Of a stretch of DNA of 64,000 nt, positions 40,101 to 51,590 are shown piece by piece. This DNA is from Vicugna vicugna. Taxonomy: Eukaryota. The stretch lies in contig MU058198.1 of NCBI GenBank assembly GCA_013265495.1, positions 4,343,579 to 4,407,578 on the forward strand, read 5' to 3'. The position numbers were made by a program, and so were the translations under genes. A model generated the notes under the pieces. The model did not search any database. It had not been told where the DNA came from and saw only the letters and a list, made by a program, of their open reading frames with translations. How positions within the stretch are numbered: position 1 is the first letter of the stretch; each line of letters starts with the position of its first letter.

Positions 40101-42877
40101 AAGCTGAAGCCGAAAGATTAGTAGAAGGACTAAAAGAACAAAAATTAGAGATTCAACTTCTAACTGAAAAGAATATCTGTTTAATTGAACAGATTGATCA
40201 GCTCTCCAAAAGTGAGGTTGGTAAACTAACCCAGCTTATCCAGCAGAAAGACTTGGAGATACAGTGTCTTCATACCAAAATATCTTCAGCTTCCTACACC
40301 CAAGACGAGGGGTGTCTTCAGCAGCAACTGCAAACGTATGCCTTGGAAAGAGAACAAATACTAGCTGTTTTAGATGAGAAGATTAAGGAAAATAGCCTTC
40401 TTAAAAGGGAAAACTTCAGAATGGTGGATATCATTATGGGCAAAGAGGCAGATCTTGAGAAGCTCCGAGATGCAAATATGAAACTACCCCCTAGAGCTGA
40501 AAGCTGTGATCAAGATATGTGTCGAGAAACTATTCAGAATTTATCCCACATCATTCGAGAAAGAGACATTGAAATGGATGCACTGAGTCAGAAATGTCAG
40601 ACATTATTGATGGTTCTGCAGAATTCCAGCAGTGGTAATGAGGTTAATGGTGTTAACATTAATCAGTTTGAGGAGCTTCTATGGGAACGTGAGCAATTAA
40701 AACAGCAGGTTTTGATAATGGAAGAATGGAAACAGCACGTGGAGGCCACGGTACAAAATATGCAGCGTGGGTCAACCCATCTTCAGAACGAGCTTCAACA
40801 ACTTCAGGCCCGGGTTTTAATGGACAGTGATATTAAATCTCAACTACACATGAGCTATACTGACCTGATCAAAAATTACGAAGAGAACAAAATCCAACTC
40901 AAAAACTTGGAGATACAAGTTGCACAAATGCAGCTCAGCCTAGAGCAGCTTTGCAATGCCAAGGCTCTTCTACTAGGGAAACCTGAACTCACCTTACCGC
41001 AGCCCTCCACCGAATCACCTCCTTCCGAGTCACCTGCCTCTCTTGAGGCAGTTAAGTCTGATGGATCCAGTGAGTCTTCAAAGTTGCTCCAAGAAGAGAT
41101 ACAAGAGTTAAGAAAATCAACAGAGGAAAAAGATGCAACAATTAGAACCCTCCAGGAGGATAACCAGAGACTGTCTGAGTCCATTGCAGCCGCCTCAGAA
41201 CTCGACAGAAAACAACATGAAGAAAGGGATTCCAAACTTCAGCAGCTCCAGGAGAAACAGGATGACTTACAAAACTTACTCCAAGAAAAAGAGCTCTTAC
41301 TCAAAGCGAAAAGTGATGAATTACTTTCTTTAAGTGAAGACTTCACTAATGAAGTGAGTGAAAATGATATTTTGAGGCAGGCGGTAATTAACCTGAAGGA
41401 GAGAGTCACCAGTTTGGAAGTGGATATGCATAAACTCAAAGAGGCAAATGAAAAAATAGTAGAAACATGGAGGGAAAAGGAAACAGAAAATCAAGCGTTA
41501 CAAGAGACAAACATGCGGCTTTCTATGATGCGGAGAGAGGAACAGTTGAAATTTGCGGCCATGAAGGAAAAAGCTCTTGCCTTGGAGCACCTACTGAAAG
41601 AAAATGAACAAGGCAAGAGTGGGGAATTAAATCAACTTTTGTATGCAGTGACATCAATGCAAGAAAAGACACTTATTTTTCAACAGGAGAGAGATGAAGT
41701 CATGTTGGCACTGAAACAGAAACAGATGGAAAACTGTGCCCTCCAGAGTGAGGTTCAACATTTACACGACAAAGAACTACGTTTGAAGCAGGAGCTAGAG
41801 CGAGCCCATCGCCTGGCTTTGGAATCCAAAGAGTCTCATAACCGCGAAGCTTTAGCTGCAGAAGACAGAGCAGCTAAACTCAGAATGAAAGCGAAGGCAT
41901 TGGAGGAAAAGCTCCTTCTGTCTTCTAATGCAATGGAAGATGCACGCCAACAAGCCCGCTTGCGGATGGAGTCATTGAAGGAACAACTGAATGTTGTCAC
42001 CAGGCAAAAAGATGACATTTTGCAACAGCTTTGTGCGTCCCAAGAACAAGAAAAGCAGTATGCACAAGCACTAGCTAATCTGAAGATGGAACTTGCTGAA
42101 TGGATGGAAAAGGCAGACGATCTAGAAGGGAAACTGCAGAAGGCTAAAGCTGTGTTGAATCTGAAGGAAGAAGAAATTAAAGTTTTGACAAAACAAAGTG
42201 AGGTTCAACGGGAAGTGCTAGATGATGTGCAAAGAAAACTGCTGGACTTAGTAAGTAAAGCAGAAGAAAAAGTCGACAAAAGCTTAGTGAGGAAGCTCTT
42301 GATGGAGTATTTTCAAACACCCAAACCTCAACGCCATGAAGTGTTAGAACTACTCAGAAACACTCTGGGCATTAAAAAGGAAGAAATGGAGCTGGTTTTT
42401 AAGGAAGAGCAAGGTGGTGGTACCAGATGGATGGCTAGGTGGCTTGGGTCGAAGAGTGTCCCCAACACACCTCCGAGACCAAATGAACAATTTATGCCTA
42501 AGAATTCTTTTTCAGAACTTTTTGTTCAATTTCTAGAAACAGAATCTCACTCTACTGGTCTACCATCAAAAGCCTCTACTGAAGATACAAAGACTCCCAG
42601 TTCACCGGGAAGGAGACAACAAGCTACAAGTGTCCCGCCAAGTCTTACAACGACACTAAGAGCTGCACCCAAAACACCCAGTGTGAATCACTGCTCCACT
42701 GCTGTTTCACTTATTAACCCACCTGGACCTACAACCGATGGATCGGAGCATCTTCTTTTAAATGCTGTTACTGATGTTCTGCCCACATATGCACCTTTGC
42801 TGCTGTCACCTGGCAAGAGCGCTGGAGTTGTGCCAAAAGATCTCTCAAAGCAACAGATGCTTCTTCAGCCGAGATGA
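37112..42877 (+). CDS. Intronless TRIP11 (GMAP-210 golgin)-like retrogene, 1921 aa, intact ORF
   Basis: N-terminus [30 protein letters not shown] resembles TRIP11 [30 protein letters not shown]. Long E/Q/K/L coiled coil. GRAB-like [29 protein letters not shown] and [15 protein letters not shown], with a C-terminal [10 protein letters not shown]. Single exon, whereas parental TRIP11 is multi-exon. This is not the TRIP11 locus itself. Confidence 0.93.
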   Translation: MSSWFSGLSSGLGHSLGQVGGSVASFTGHITNVLRKGSEKVEEPESEAKEVEDSESILKSENERLKTLYSDLEEKYEASELQIRQQTTSYRHQLQQKDVDIKLLTARQIALKDQLLKLQSVLLSVDPEAGSVPPVTLPPPLGYDINDHALAFQNNDMDFADLIWSQQEINRLSNKVLRLEADVNHWRHTAKKFTAQGAESFDQNEICKLQTTIKELEQNRYKEIDDHQLEIVTMQNVHQQKLAEVSHSHRQKCRDYEERIGELENLLLQGGSRIGPTHEFQIHDMQEAIQILQAEKEESTKKIKELEDRMKYMNGKSSSVESERDVLRREQDRINEETKERTEEGELQPYVMKQSDAVTAKERVLPPSTSMEEVFKEQQALSDAENEPMRLSSLNQDNDVIEHNLKLQERVQVLEKENSQLSQEKEELQRSLVKLSNDYEVIKSTATRDINSGSEGHDLRCDLELKEGQLNQRVTKKELLTPELGELDEKKQETAEHVVLMKDQRSEQQNEGDSVIQKLKQELEEEKRRVRQLEDDQMNITKELDMQKKRLIQSELAANDLLLTKQKLEDKVEDLLHQLNQSQDCNVDIQKENCQLKEVIKENEKELSRIKNEFAQSLNQDTNVKVDSLKEQEAEVRNLRQNLSKMQKLNVNLSKVAFDLKMENEKLVLALEDVRRQWEESIVGNTQKSLGKNTPVEALKMEKGQSEAELCQAEKRLLEETRKNEQMIEELSNTRHPDSSALHLEQECLMQLSQEKDSEIAELKNIEQIIADHKETQAMLSSRLEEQEQLKQLIEEKEIFLGKLQGSSDPWEELDKYTQGLRKMKLLQQTIEEEDTSLASMKEENSHLKEELERLREHSQTESTINSNMPDTITDLPSESSPSSVMKGNLKEKIKYDQKITEDQNQTKMQKRQSLQEQKQEMDGLQSQQEQMNIKHTQLFTARGEETENLQNAIEQIKTQLPEKSQHMPTEHSGVFHVTKIQSLNIENGTEKHDLSKAEAERLVEGLKEQKLEIQLLTEKNICLIEQIDQLSKSEVGKLTQLIQQKDLEIQCLHTKISSASYTQDEGCLQQQLQTYALEREQILAVLDEKIKENSLLKRENFRMVDIIMGKEADLEKLRDANMKLPPRAESCDQDMCRETIQNLSHIIRERDIEMDALSQKCQTLLMVLQNSSSGNEVNGVNINQFEELLWEREQLKQQVLIMEEWKQHVEATVQNMQRGSTHLQNELQQLQARVLMDSDIKSQLHMSYTDLIKNYEENKIQLKNLEIQVAQMQLSLEQLCNAKALLLGKPELTLPQPSTESPPSESPASLEAVKSDGSSESSKLLQEEIQELRKSTEEKDATIRTLQEDNQRLSESIAAASELDRKQHEERDSKLQQLQEKQDDLQNLLQEKELLLKAKSDELLSLSEDFTNEVSENDILRQAVINLKERVTSLEVDMHKLKEANEKIVETWREKETENQALQETNMRLSMMRREEQLKFAAMKEKALALEHLLKENEQGKSGELNQLLYAVTSMQEKTLIFQQERDEVMLALKQKQMENCALQSEVQHLHDKELRLKQELERAHRLALESKESHNREALAAEDRAAKLRMKAKALEEKLLLSSNAMEDARQQARLRMESLKEQLNVVTRQKDDILQQLCASQEQEKQYAQALANLKMELAEWMEKADDLEGKLQKAKAVLNLKEEEIKVLTKQSEVQREVLDDVQRKLLDLVSKAEEKVDKSLVRKLLMEYFQTPKPQRHEVLELLRNTLGIKKEEMELVFKEEQGGGTRWMARWLGSKSVPNTPPRPNEQFMPKNSFSELFVQFLETESHSTGLPSKASTEDTKTPSSPGRRQQATSVPPSLTTTLRAAPKTPSVNHCSTAVSLINPPGPTTDGSEHLLLNAVTDVLPTYAPLLLSPGKSAGVVPKDLSKQQMLLQPR

Positions 42878-42976
42878 GACAGTCCTAAAGAAACTGATCA
42901 CTACATTTGTGTACCTCACCACAACATGGCCTTAAAAAAATAAGGCCATGTATTTGTTTTCAGTTTTACTTTGTTT

Positions 42977-43004
42977 AATAAAAATATTAATACTTAAAAA
43001 AAAA
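42977..43004 (+). terminator. Polyadenylation signal AATAAA (42977-42982) and residual genomic A-tract (42996-43004) of the retrocopy
   Basis: AATAAA about 100 nt after the stop, followed 13 nt later by A9. This is the arrangement expected for a processed mRNA insertion. Confidence 0.75.
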
Positions 43005-45084
43005 GGTGTGTTGTAAGGACTTAGAAGATATTCACCAAACTTAAAACAGTGGTTAGTTACTCTCCGTGAGAATGGGCTTTGGTGGGATGGGTGGCTGTGG
43101 TCAAAGGATACTTCAAATATTGTTTGTAAAGCTTTAATTTTTTTGTTGCAAAGACCAGGTATCTATGCATACCTCGGGTAATTAAAACATTAACTTGTGT
43201 TAATGCTCAAAATTATGGTAGACACACAGGTGCACTCCTTGGATAAGAAAAAAGGCAAACAGCACAAAAGTACAAGATGCCTAAAATTTTCAAAAATGGA
43301 AGTTCAGTCCTCCTGGCTAAATCCCAGTCCTCTTTCCATTGCCTGGAAAACCATTCCATTGGTAGCCTGTACCCTCTCAGGCCTTTTAGAAATATATGTA
43401 TATTTGTATATATGGAAGTATATTATTCTGACTTGCTTTTAAAAAAAGAAAATCACTACACTTTAGCAATCCTTCCAAAGGTGAATGAATTTCATCTTGT
43501 TCTTTTTTAAAACAGCAGTTTGTAGTGTGGAGGTACCCTACTGTACCCTAACTTATTTAACTAGTTCCTATTGATCAGCATTTAATAAAACCATCAAATG
43601 GCCATGGCCAACTCCCTTGCCCATCTCAAGAGCCACTCCAGAGCTTCATTGCTTTCCTGAATTACGATCGTGCCCTCGATACTAGAGGCCAGAAATCAAG
43701 AACCCTCAATTTCCCACACCTGCTTCCTACGTTCAACCATCCATTTCTCTCCATTCACCTCTGCTCTTTCCCTTTTGTTTCAGAGGACAAGGGGTCCAGC
43801 TTTGCAGCTGACGTCTCATGGCTCCTTTGTACCCTGGAAACTATCCATTCAGACTTCGTCAAAGACCTCATTCCACTAATTTTCCATTCTGCTTTATTTT
43901 TAGTCGTCTCTTTCCCTGAACATAAGAGCCTGCCAAAGCCTCTGTCAGCAAACCATCCTCTTTCCTGCTCCTTCAGGTACCACCTTCTCTCTCTACTTCT
44001 CACAGCTGAGCTTCTGAAAAAAATTCTTCACTCCTTGTCACCATCTCATTTCTCACTGATTTCTTTTTGAAAGCTCCACAAAATCTTGTCTCAATGCCCC
44101 CTAATTTCCTGATGCATTAGAAATTCATCTTTTTAGTTACTTAAGCTCTCTGTAGCATCAGATAAACGTTATACCCATATTTATTCTTTAACATTCTCTC
44201 CACCTTCTTTCTTTTGGGGTGCCACTCTCCTTAGATTCCCTTCCCGACATTAGGTGCTTTTCTCCCTGCTTCCTTTGCAACGTCTTCGGACCACTTCATA
44301 AGTGGGCATGTTCTCTGAGGGGCCATCTTCAGCTAAATGGATCTTCTCCCTCTCACTGTAGGCACAGGGCAGCTCATCCACTCCCATGACTGGACATTCA
44401 CCTGGATGCCAGGGACTTCTGAATGCCTCTGTCTAACCTCACCCTTCTCCTAACTCCACCCTGATTTATCTGCTTGTCTGCTGGATGTCTGTGGGCTTCT
44501 CAAAAGTCTGAAAGGGAACTCAGCATGTGCCCTTAGAACCCTCCTCCTCCTCCTCTGTCCCTTTTATCTTCTAATAAAACCTCTGTGCATCTTGTCACCC
44601 AGGCAGGAGGCGTCAAAGCCATGGTTGATCTCCCTGACTCGCCCACTCCATAGCCAATCAACTACCAGATAGACCTTACTTCCTTCCCTTCCTTTCTGCT
44701 CCCATGGCTCTGATACATCCTTTCCTGCCTCTTCCATGGGCTAGTACAGTGGACTCCTCCCTAATCTTGGTGGTTCCACTCTCGAGCTCCCTTGGATCCA
44801 TTTTGCATGCTGCTGTGAGGGTGAAATTTGTAAGGTGAAGATCTGATGTTACTTTCCTGCTGTAAATTACTTCAGGTTCCACATTACCCGGAGTCCACAC
44901 TTGAAAAGAATAACCAAGGCCTTGCCTGTGTAGCCTTACTTCCTGCTTGTCCCCCACATGTGGACCACCTTCCAGCCACGTGAGACTTCTTGCAAACACG
45001 AATGGACTCTTACCCAAATAGCTGTGAGCCCATGAGGCCAATCATAGCAGGGTAATGCCTTCCACAAAGTGCAGATCAGAAGAG

Positions 45085-47828
45085 TTTGATTGATCTCCTC
45101 TTCACTTGTTGGTGGGGAGGGAATTCCCACCCTAAAGCTGTGGGGAGGGGCTAAACACTGAACAGGTGAGTCTCACAGCAGGTTATTAGTCATACAGACT
45201 CACGGTCTAGGGAGTGGAGGACATGGGGACACCAGGCAGGGCCACACGGAGGTTGCACTTGGGAACAGAGTGACCCAGCAGGGGCTCTCGGGGGCAGACT
45301 TAGGAGTAACAAGAGGGTGGAAGTGACTCTGTTGTCCACTGGAGGGTGTGACTGGCTTGTTTGAATAATTTCACAGGCTGGCAGGGAACTGGAGGCAGCT
45401 ACCTGGGAATAAACTGTGCCTGGTCCTGGTGATAAGAAGGGTAGTTTGGCTCGGGGACCTGATCTATAGGAGCAGAAGGGGAAGGGAGTTTGAAGTTAGA
45501 CCATTTGAAGCCCTCCTGTTTCAACAGATGTCAAGGCAATCCTTAAGCTTGAATCTTGATTTCAGGGTTAATACCACAATGGGTTCTTTGATACCTTGAT
45601 ATCAATTTAAACCCTGGTGATGACTGAGACTTTTAGGGAATAGGAGGAGTCCTTCCCTAGGAAGTGATGTTGCCACTTGACCAAGAGGGAGAGGTGATCA
45701 TCCACAACATAAAGCGTATGGACTCTTTCCTATTGATGTTCACGCAGTTGACCCCAAGGGGTCTGGGGGAGGGGGTGACGTCCTCCAGCACCACAGCATC
45801 TGGCAATGAACTGAGGATGGGAGGCCAACCCCACCTACAGGTGGGATGGGCCAGAGGGCTCCTGTTTGGTTTCACCCTGTAGCAGGGAGGCCTTTAGGAC
45901 CACACTGACCTTGTGGGATGTCGCTTCCATGGCTCAAGGACTAACAGGGCGCTGAGTATGGACGCTCAGGGGCTGTGAGAGACTCTATTTCCAGAGAAGC
46001 CCAGTGTATGGCCAGCAATTCCTGCTCTAATCGTATGTGATTCAGGCCCAGGGAGGGCAGTTTCTTGCATCAGAAGCCCCCGGGCAACTTACGGACATCA
46101 TAAGTGGTCCAGAGACGCCAGGAAGCACAGGAGGATGTTGCTAAATCCTCTTCACTGAGAGGAGCGCCGGTTGATTTTAATTTAAACAGACTCTAGAGTC
46201 CTTTGTCGGTCGGGCTCCCACTCAAGGTGGGCTAATTTCAAAGTGACGGCATAAATGGGCTTAAACACAATCTGTAAACAAGGAGCACGTTGCCTGCAGA
46301 GCCCCAGAAGGACTCAAAGATGTCGGATACGATTGTATGTCCTTTACAAATGTTTCAAATAAATGACCTCAAAGGAGGATGTCATCAAGGTGATGTCATA
46401 CCTGTCATCCTGGAGAAGGGTGGATGCAGCGACGATCCTGTCTGCAAAGATCGTCTGTGACAGCAGAGCTGCTAGGTATCCTGTGGGTAACTAGGTAGAA
46501 GAGTATTGTGCCCCTTTGGAGAGAAGGCCAACTGGCCGAGAGGAGGTTGAAGTAGACGATGCTGGTAAGGTGACTTTGTCCATGGCCTGGGTCAGGCCCC
46601 CAAGCCCCTGATGACCAAATCAGTCCTCTGGTGTGCTGGTAAGCACCTACAGGAAGCAAAGCCCACATGTATTGATTAGGGGTTTTGCACTGAGAGAGCA
46701 GTTGAATATCAAGGCCCCTTCCCCCAACTTTTTGTTTCATCAGTTCCTTGGCCATGGGCTGTCATGGATGTGCACCTCAGTACCTTTAGGGATCAGGAGA
46801 GCTCACGACAGCAGCAAGGGAAGCAGCAGCACAGGACACACAGCACAAGGAGTCATCCCCAGGACGGTGCTGGGCCAGGGGCACTTTCCCAAACACAGTC
46901 TCTGTGGCTGCCCCAGTGGCGGCCATCAGGCTGGACACAGTGACCAAAGTGCTAGTCCCACACCCAGCAGGTGGAAGTCAAGCACCCACTAGTTAGGGCA
47001 TCGTGTTGTCCCTGGTCTCAGGTAGGAGCCTCGGAGTCCACCTGCCAGGCACAAGCCACAGCTGATGGTACGTTAACTCCGGGATATAGTCAATGTACAA
47101 TAGTTTTCGCCTAGTTGGCGAGAATGAGACGTGAGGATGGGAAGAGATGGCAACATCCGTTGGAGACAACAGAATGTGAGCTAAAGCCCAGGCGGGTCAG
47201 CAAGTGGCACTTACATCCCAGGCAGTAACCGCTGCCTTACGAACCAGTTACCTAGCAAAGGAGCGGGTAGTTAAGGCTGGCCCGGTATCCTCAGGTGAGG
47301 TTAGACCATCCTGTTCATGATGCCAGTTTTTTTCACTCACTTCTTCTTTAATCCACTGGTGAGTAGAGATTCCTAGCCTAGACTAACAGGGCCGACTGAA
47401 CACACAACACTCGACACCACACAGAAGGGACGAACAGCAGTTTACTAGTCTCACAGACCGGGGGAGGACACCACACCGCACGCAGGGCCACACGGAGGGT
47501 GGCACTTCAGAGCAGAGTGAACACGTAGGGGCTTAGGAGGCAGATTTTGTAGTAACAAGAGGGTGGGGGTGAGCCCTGGTTTTGGCAGGAGGGTGTGATG
47601 GGCTTGTGTGAATAATTCCATGGGCTGACAGGGAACTGAAGCCTGCTGCTCAGGAATAAGCAGGCACTGGGTCTGGTCCCTGTGAGAAGGGTCATATTAC
47701 TAGGGGACCTTGTGTATGGGAGAGGAGGGGGTGGGGAACTGTACTTGGGCCATTTGAGGTCCTCTCAGTTTTTCCAGATGCCAAGACAGCTCTCAATATT
47801 GAATCTTAACTTCAAGCCTCATACCACA
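45085..47828 (-). mobile_element. Degenerate ERVL-class endogenous retrovirus relic: two related LTRs (about 45085-45578 and 47328-47828), tRNA-Ser PBS and pol remnant
   Basis: The two ~500 bp blocks share motifs gcagggccacacggagg, gtaacaagagggtgg, tgaataatt, ccatttga and ataccaca. PBS-like TGGCATCATGAACAGGAT at 47325-47308. Minus-strand peptide LEQELLAIHWASLEIESLT at about 46030-45974. Confidence 0.7.
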
Positions 47829-47829
47829 A

Positions 47830-48500
47830 GAAACTATTAAAAAGTAATTCTTCCTAGAACTAATCATTGAGTTCAATAAAGTCACAGGATACAAAATAAA
47901 CACAAAAATCAAGTGTATTTCTAGATACTAGCAGTGACCATGTGGACACCAAAATTTAAACTATGTGTATAATTGCAAATAAAAATAAAACACATGTGTA
48001 AATCTAACAAAACATGCCCAGGACTAGTATACTGACAACTATACTGACAACTAGTATACTGACAACTAACTGATAAAAGAAATCAATGATCCAAATAAGT
48101 GGAGAAAAAGACCATGGTCATGAATGGGAAGACTAAGTATGGGAAAGACGTCAATTTTCCCCAAATGGATAGATTTAATGCACTTCCTATCAAACCCAGT
48201 AGGAATTTTTTTGTAGGTATAGACAAGATTGTTCTAAAACTTGTATGGAAAGATAAAGGAACAAGAATAGCTAAAACAATTTTGAAGGAAGTACTATGTG
48301 GGAGCAACCGTCTACCAGCTTCAAAACTTATCATATAGCTGCAGCCACCAAGACTGTATAGTCTTGGCCGAGGGCTAGACGCGTAGATCAATGAACAGAG
48401 AGACCCAGAAACAGTCCCACACAAATATGCTCAGTTGATTTTTGACAAAGGTGCAGAAGCAATTCAAAGGAGGAAAGACAGCCTTTTCAACAGGTTATAG
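47830..48500 (+). mobile_element. Degenerate L1 ORF2 fragment
   Basis: Peptide FPQMDRFNALPIKPSRNFFVGIDKIVLKLVWKDKGTRIAKTILK is typical of L1 ORF2p downstream of the RT domain. Interrupted by stops. Confidence 0.85.
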
Positions 48501-50584
48501 CAATGGAAAGCTTGTGAGGAAACTGCACGCCAAAAACTTGGAAAACAGGACCAGCAAAGAAGGAAGATAATGATTTCACTGGGGGTACTGCCAGGTGGTG
48601 ATGGGAGGGGAGGGATAATGTGCACTCAGAGCAGGATGAAAGCTGCAAGTGCTGGGTAACGGTTTATTGCATCTTTCTGAATTCAGCTGCTTCTGATTGA
48701 TCAGCTCCACAGGCTCCGATGATTTTCCCATCAGCCCCCACACTACAAACTCAGGTCACCCCCCTAGCTGAGTATCCAGTGCTCCAGACTCCATTAGCCT
48801 TCTCATTAGCATCATTCTCAGGCTATCTGAGGTAGCAAGGTGCATCTCAGGGACTCCAAAGATACATCCTCTCAGGTTCAAGTCTGCCAGAAAAGAGAGC
48901 TCTTCTAGACTTAGCAACTCCCATTCAACTCCTGATTTGACCCATCTGGTCACCAATCCACTGCCCCTCTCTCCCCCCTCCCCTCCCCCACCCCTGCTAC
49001 ACTACTGAAGTGTAACTAGAGTGATTTTGGGTGTGATTGACCAGGCCTTGGTAAGGTTCCACACCGCAATGTGAGGCATGGAACCTTACCTGATCCACAT
49101 GGACTAAAAGGAGAGTTTAGTTCTCCATAATAAACTCTGGCTGTTGTTATAGAAGAAATAATGCCTAGTCAAAACAGCAAATGTCCACTCTGGCCACTCA
49201 CAGAGAAATTTCATGGTTAATGCTCAGCTTTTTGTTTCCAATACTAGTTAATGTTCACAGGGAATTTAAACTCTAGTTTCTCGTCTCTTGACTTTATCAG
49301 AGGATGCAGATTTAGTTGACAGTGACCTTTGTCTGATTGGGACCCCAAAGTAGTCTCATATTTTGAGACATCATGTGGCTTGAGATGGGTAAGCTTTCCA
49401 TTTCCAGATTCCACTCCTGTATCATAAAGTTCCAGCCCCTTGTTTAATGGAGCTTAAAAGGAATGAGCTGGCCTTGCCTGATGGAAGCTTTTGGGGTGAA
49501 AAACTGACCAAAGTTCTCTGAATCATCAGCTTCTCTGAATCAGAGGCTCAGTAAAAATTAGAAGTAGTCTTTGCTCATGAAATAACAAGTGTATCAACAC
49601 ATCTGCCTCCACCTTTTCCCAGTCACCCTCAGCTTCACCATCCAGACCTATGGGATTGACACTTTATACTGCTTGCTGTTGACACATTACCCATTAACAC
49701 TCTTGGAACGTGTACACTGCCAAGCTGGTTTGCATTACCCTCTTGGCAGAGGACCATTCAGAGAAAGCGGTGTATTTCACCTCATCACCTCTCCCCCTGG
49801 CAAAACTCCCTAACTTCAGCCTTCCCCACTTTCATTTCTACTTTGGGTATCAATGAGCTCTTGTTCCTTCACTGGATACTAAGCAAGCATTTGATACCTG
49901 ATCTTGCCCCAAGATATGTGTACTGGATTTTTGTTGCTGTTTGTTCATCTTGCTTATGTTTGTGTATGATCCAAAGTTCTTAAAGTTTGAGTATATCCAT
50001 TCCTTGATCCTGACTGATAATGAAATGGAATATGCAAACACACTTTAAATAATCTACTTAGAAAATGTCTTACAGTAAGTCTAGTACAAAATATATGTAA
50101 TGAACATCTTGAATTGACATAATAATGAAACAAACACGTGAACCTACCCCAGCTTGAGAAATATTGAGGAGTCCATGTGCTCCTTCCCCATTCCCTTTCC
50201 CCCTAGTCTTCTACCCTCCCCACCCCCTAAAGGTCACAAATGTCCTGATTCCTATTTTCCCCCTCATTTCATTACTTTCCTGTATATTTGTTTACCATAT
50301 ATGTGTGTTTTCCTAAATAATATTAGTTTTGCTTGGGTTGAACTTTACAAAAATGTTGTATTTCTTCTTTCACTGAATATTATGTGTTCGAAATTCAGCC
50401 ATTGATATTTGTAACTGGTTACTCTAGTTCATTAATTTTCACTGCTACATAGTTCTCCATTGTATTAGCTTTCCACACATACCTTCTTTCACAGCGTTTC
50501 AAAAGCGATCCTGTGTGCCAAGTTCTTCACCCAGTTCCTGCCACAGAGACGACACTCAATATATATTTGTTCAATAGCTGACTG

Positions 50585-50740
50585 AGGAGGGAGGGTATAG
50601 CTCAAGTGGTAGAGCAGCATGCTTAGCATGCACGAGGTCCTGAGTTCAATCCCTAGTACCTCCTCTAAAAATAAATAAGTAAACCTAATTACCGCCCCCC
50701 AAAACAAACAGAAAACAACTAACAAAATTCTGTTTTAAAA
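50585..50740 (+). mobile_element. tRNA-derived SINE (Vic-1-like) just upstream of the LCMT1 promoter
   Basis: ggagggtatagctcaagtggtagagc...gagttcaatccctagtacc. TSD aatag(c/t)tga(c/a)tga. Confidence 0.87.
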
Positions 50741-50879
50741 AATAGTTGAATGAGACTGAGTTCTAACTGAAACACTGATACTTGTTTCCTCCGGCTTCTC
50801 TGCCCTTCGCTCCAGTGCTGAGACTCCTGCCAGCTCTTCTGCCCTGAGTTAATTACAGTTATACAATTTCTTGACCAGC

Positions 50880-51590
<711 letters not shown>

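Noticed and set aside
37112..42877. Interpretation as the true TRIP11 gene or as a dead processed pseudogene
   Set aside because: It is intronless and non-syntenic, so it is not the parent gene. It has no disabling mutation, so a pseudogene call is unsupported.
36690..43030. Target-site duplication for the TRIP11 retrocopy
   Set aside because: No convincing direct repeat was found by eye at both ends. It has probably decayed, so none is claimed.
48028..48072. Short tandem (atactgacaact)x3, similar to the 19-bp-period repeat at 240-273
   Set aside because: Ordinary slippage micro-duplications with no spacer structure. Not CRISPR-like.
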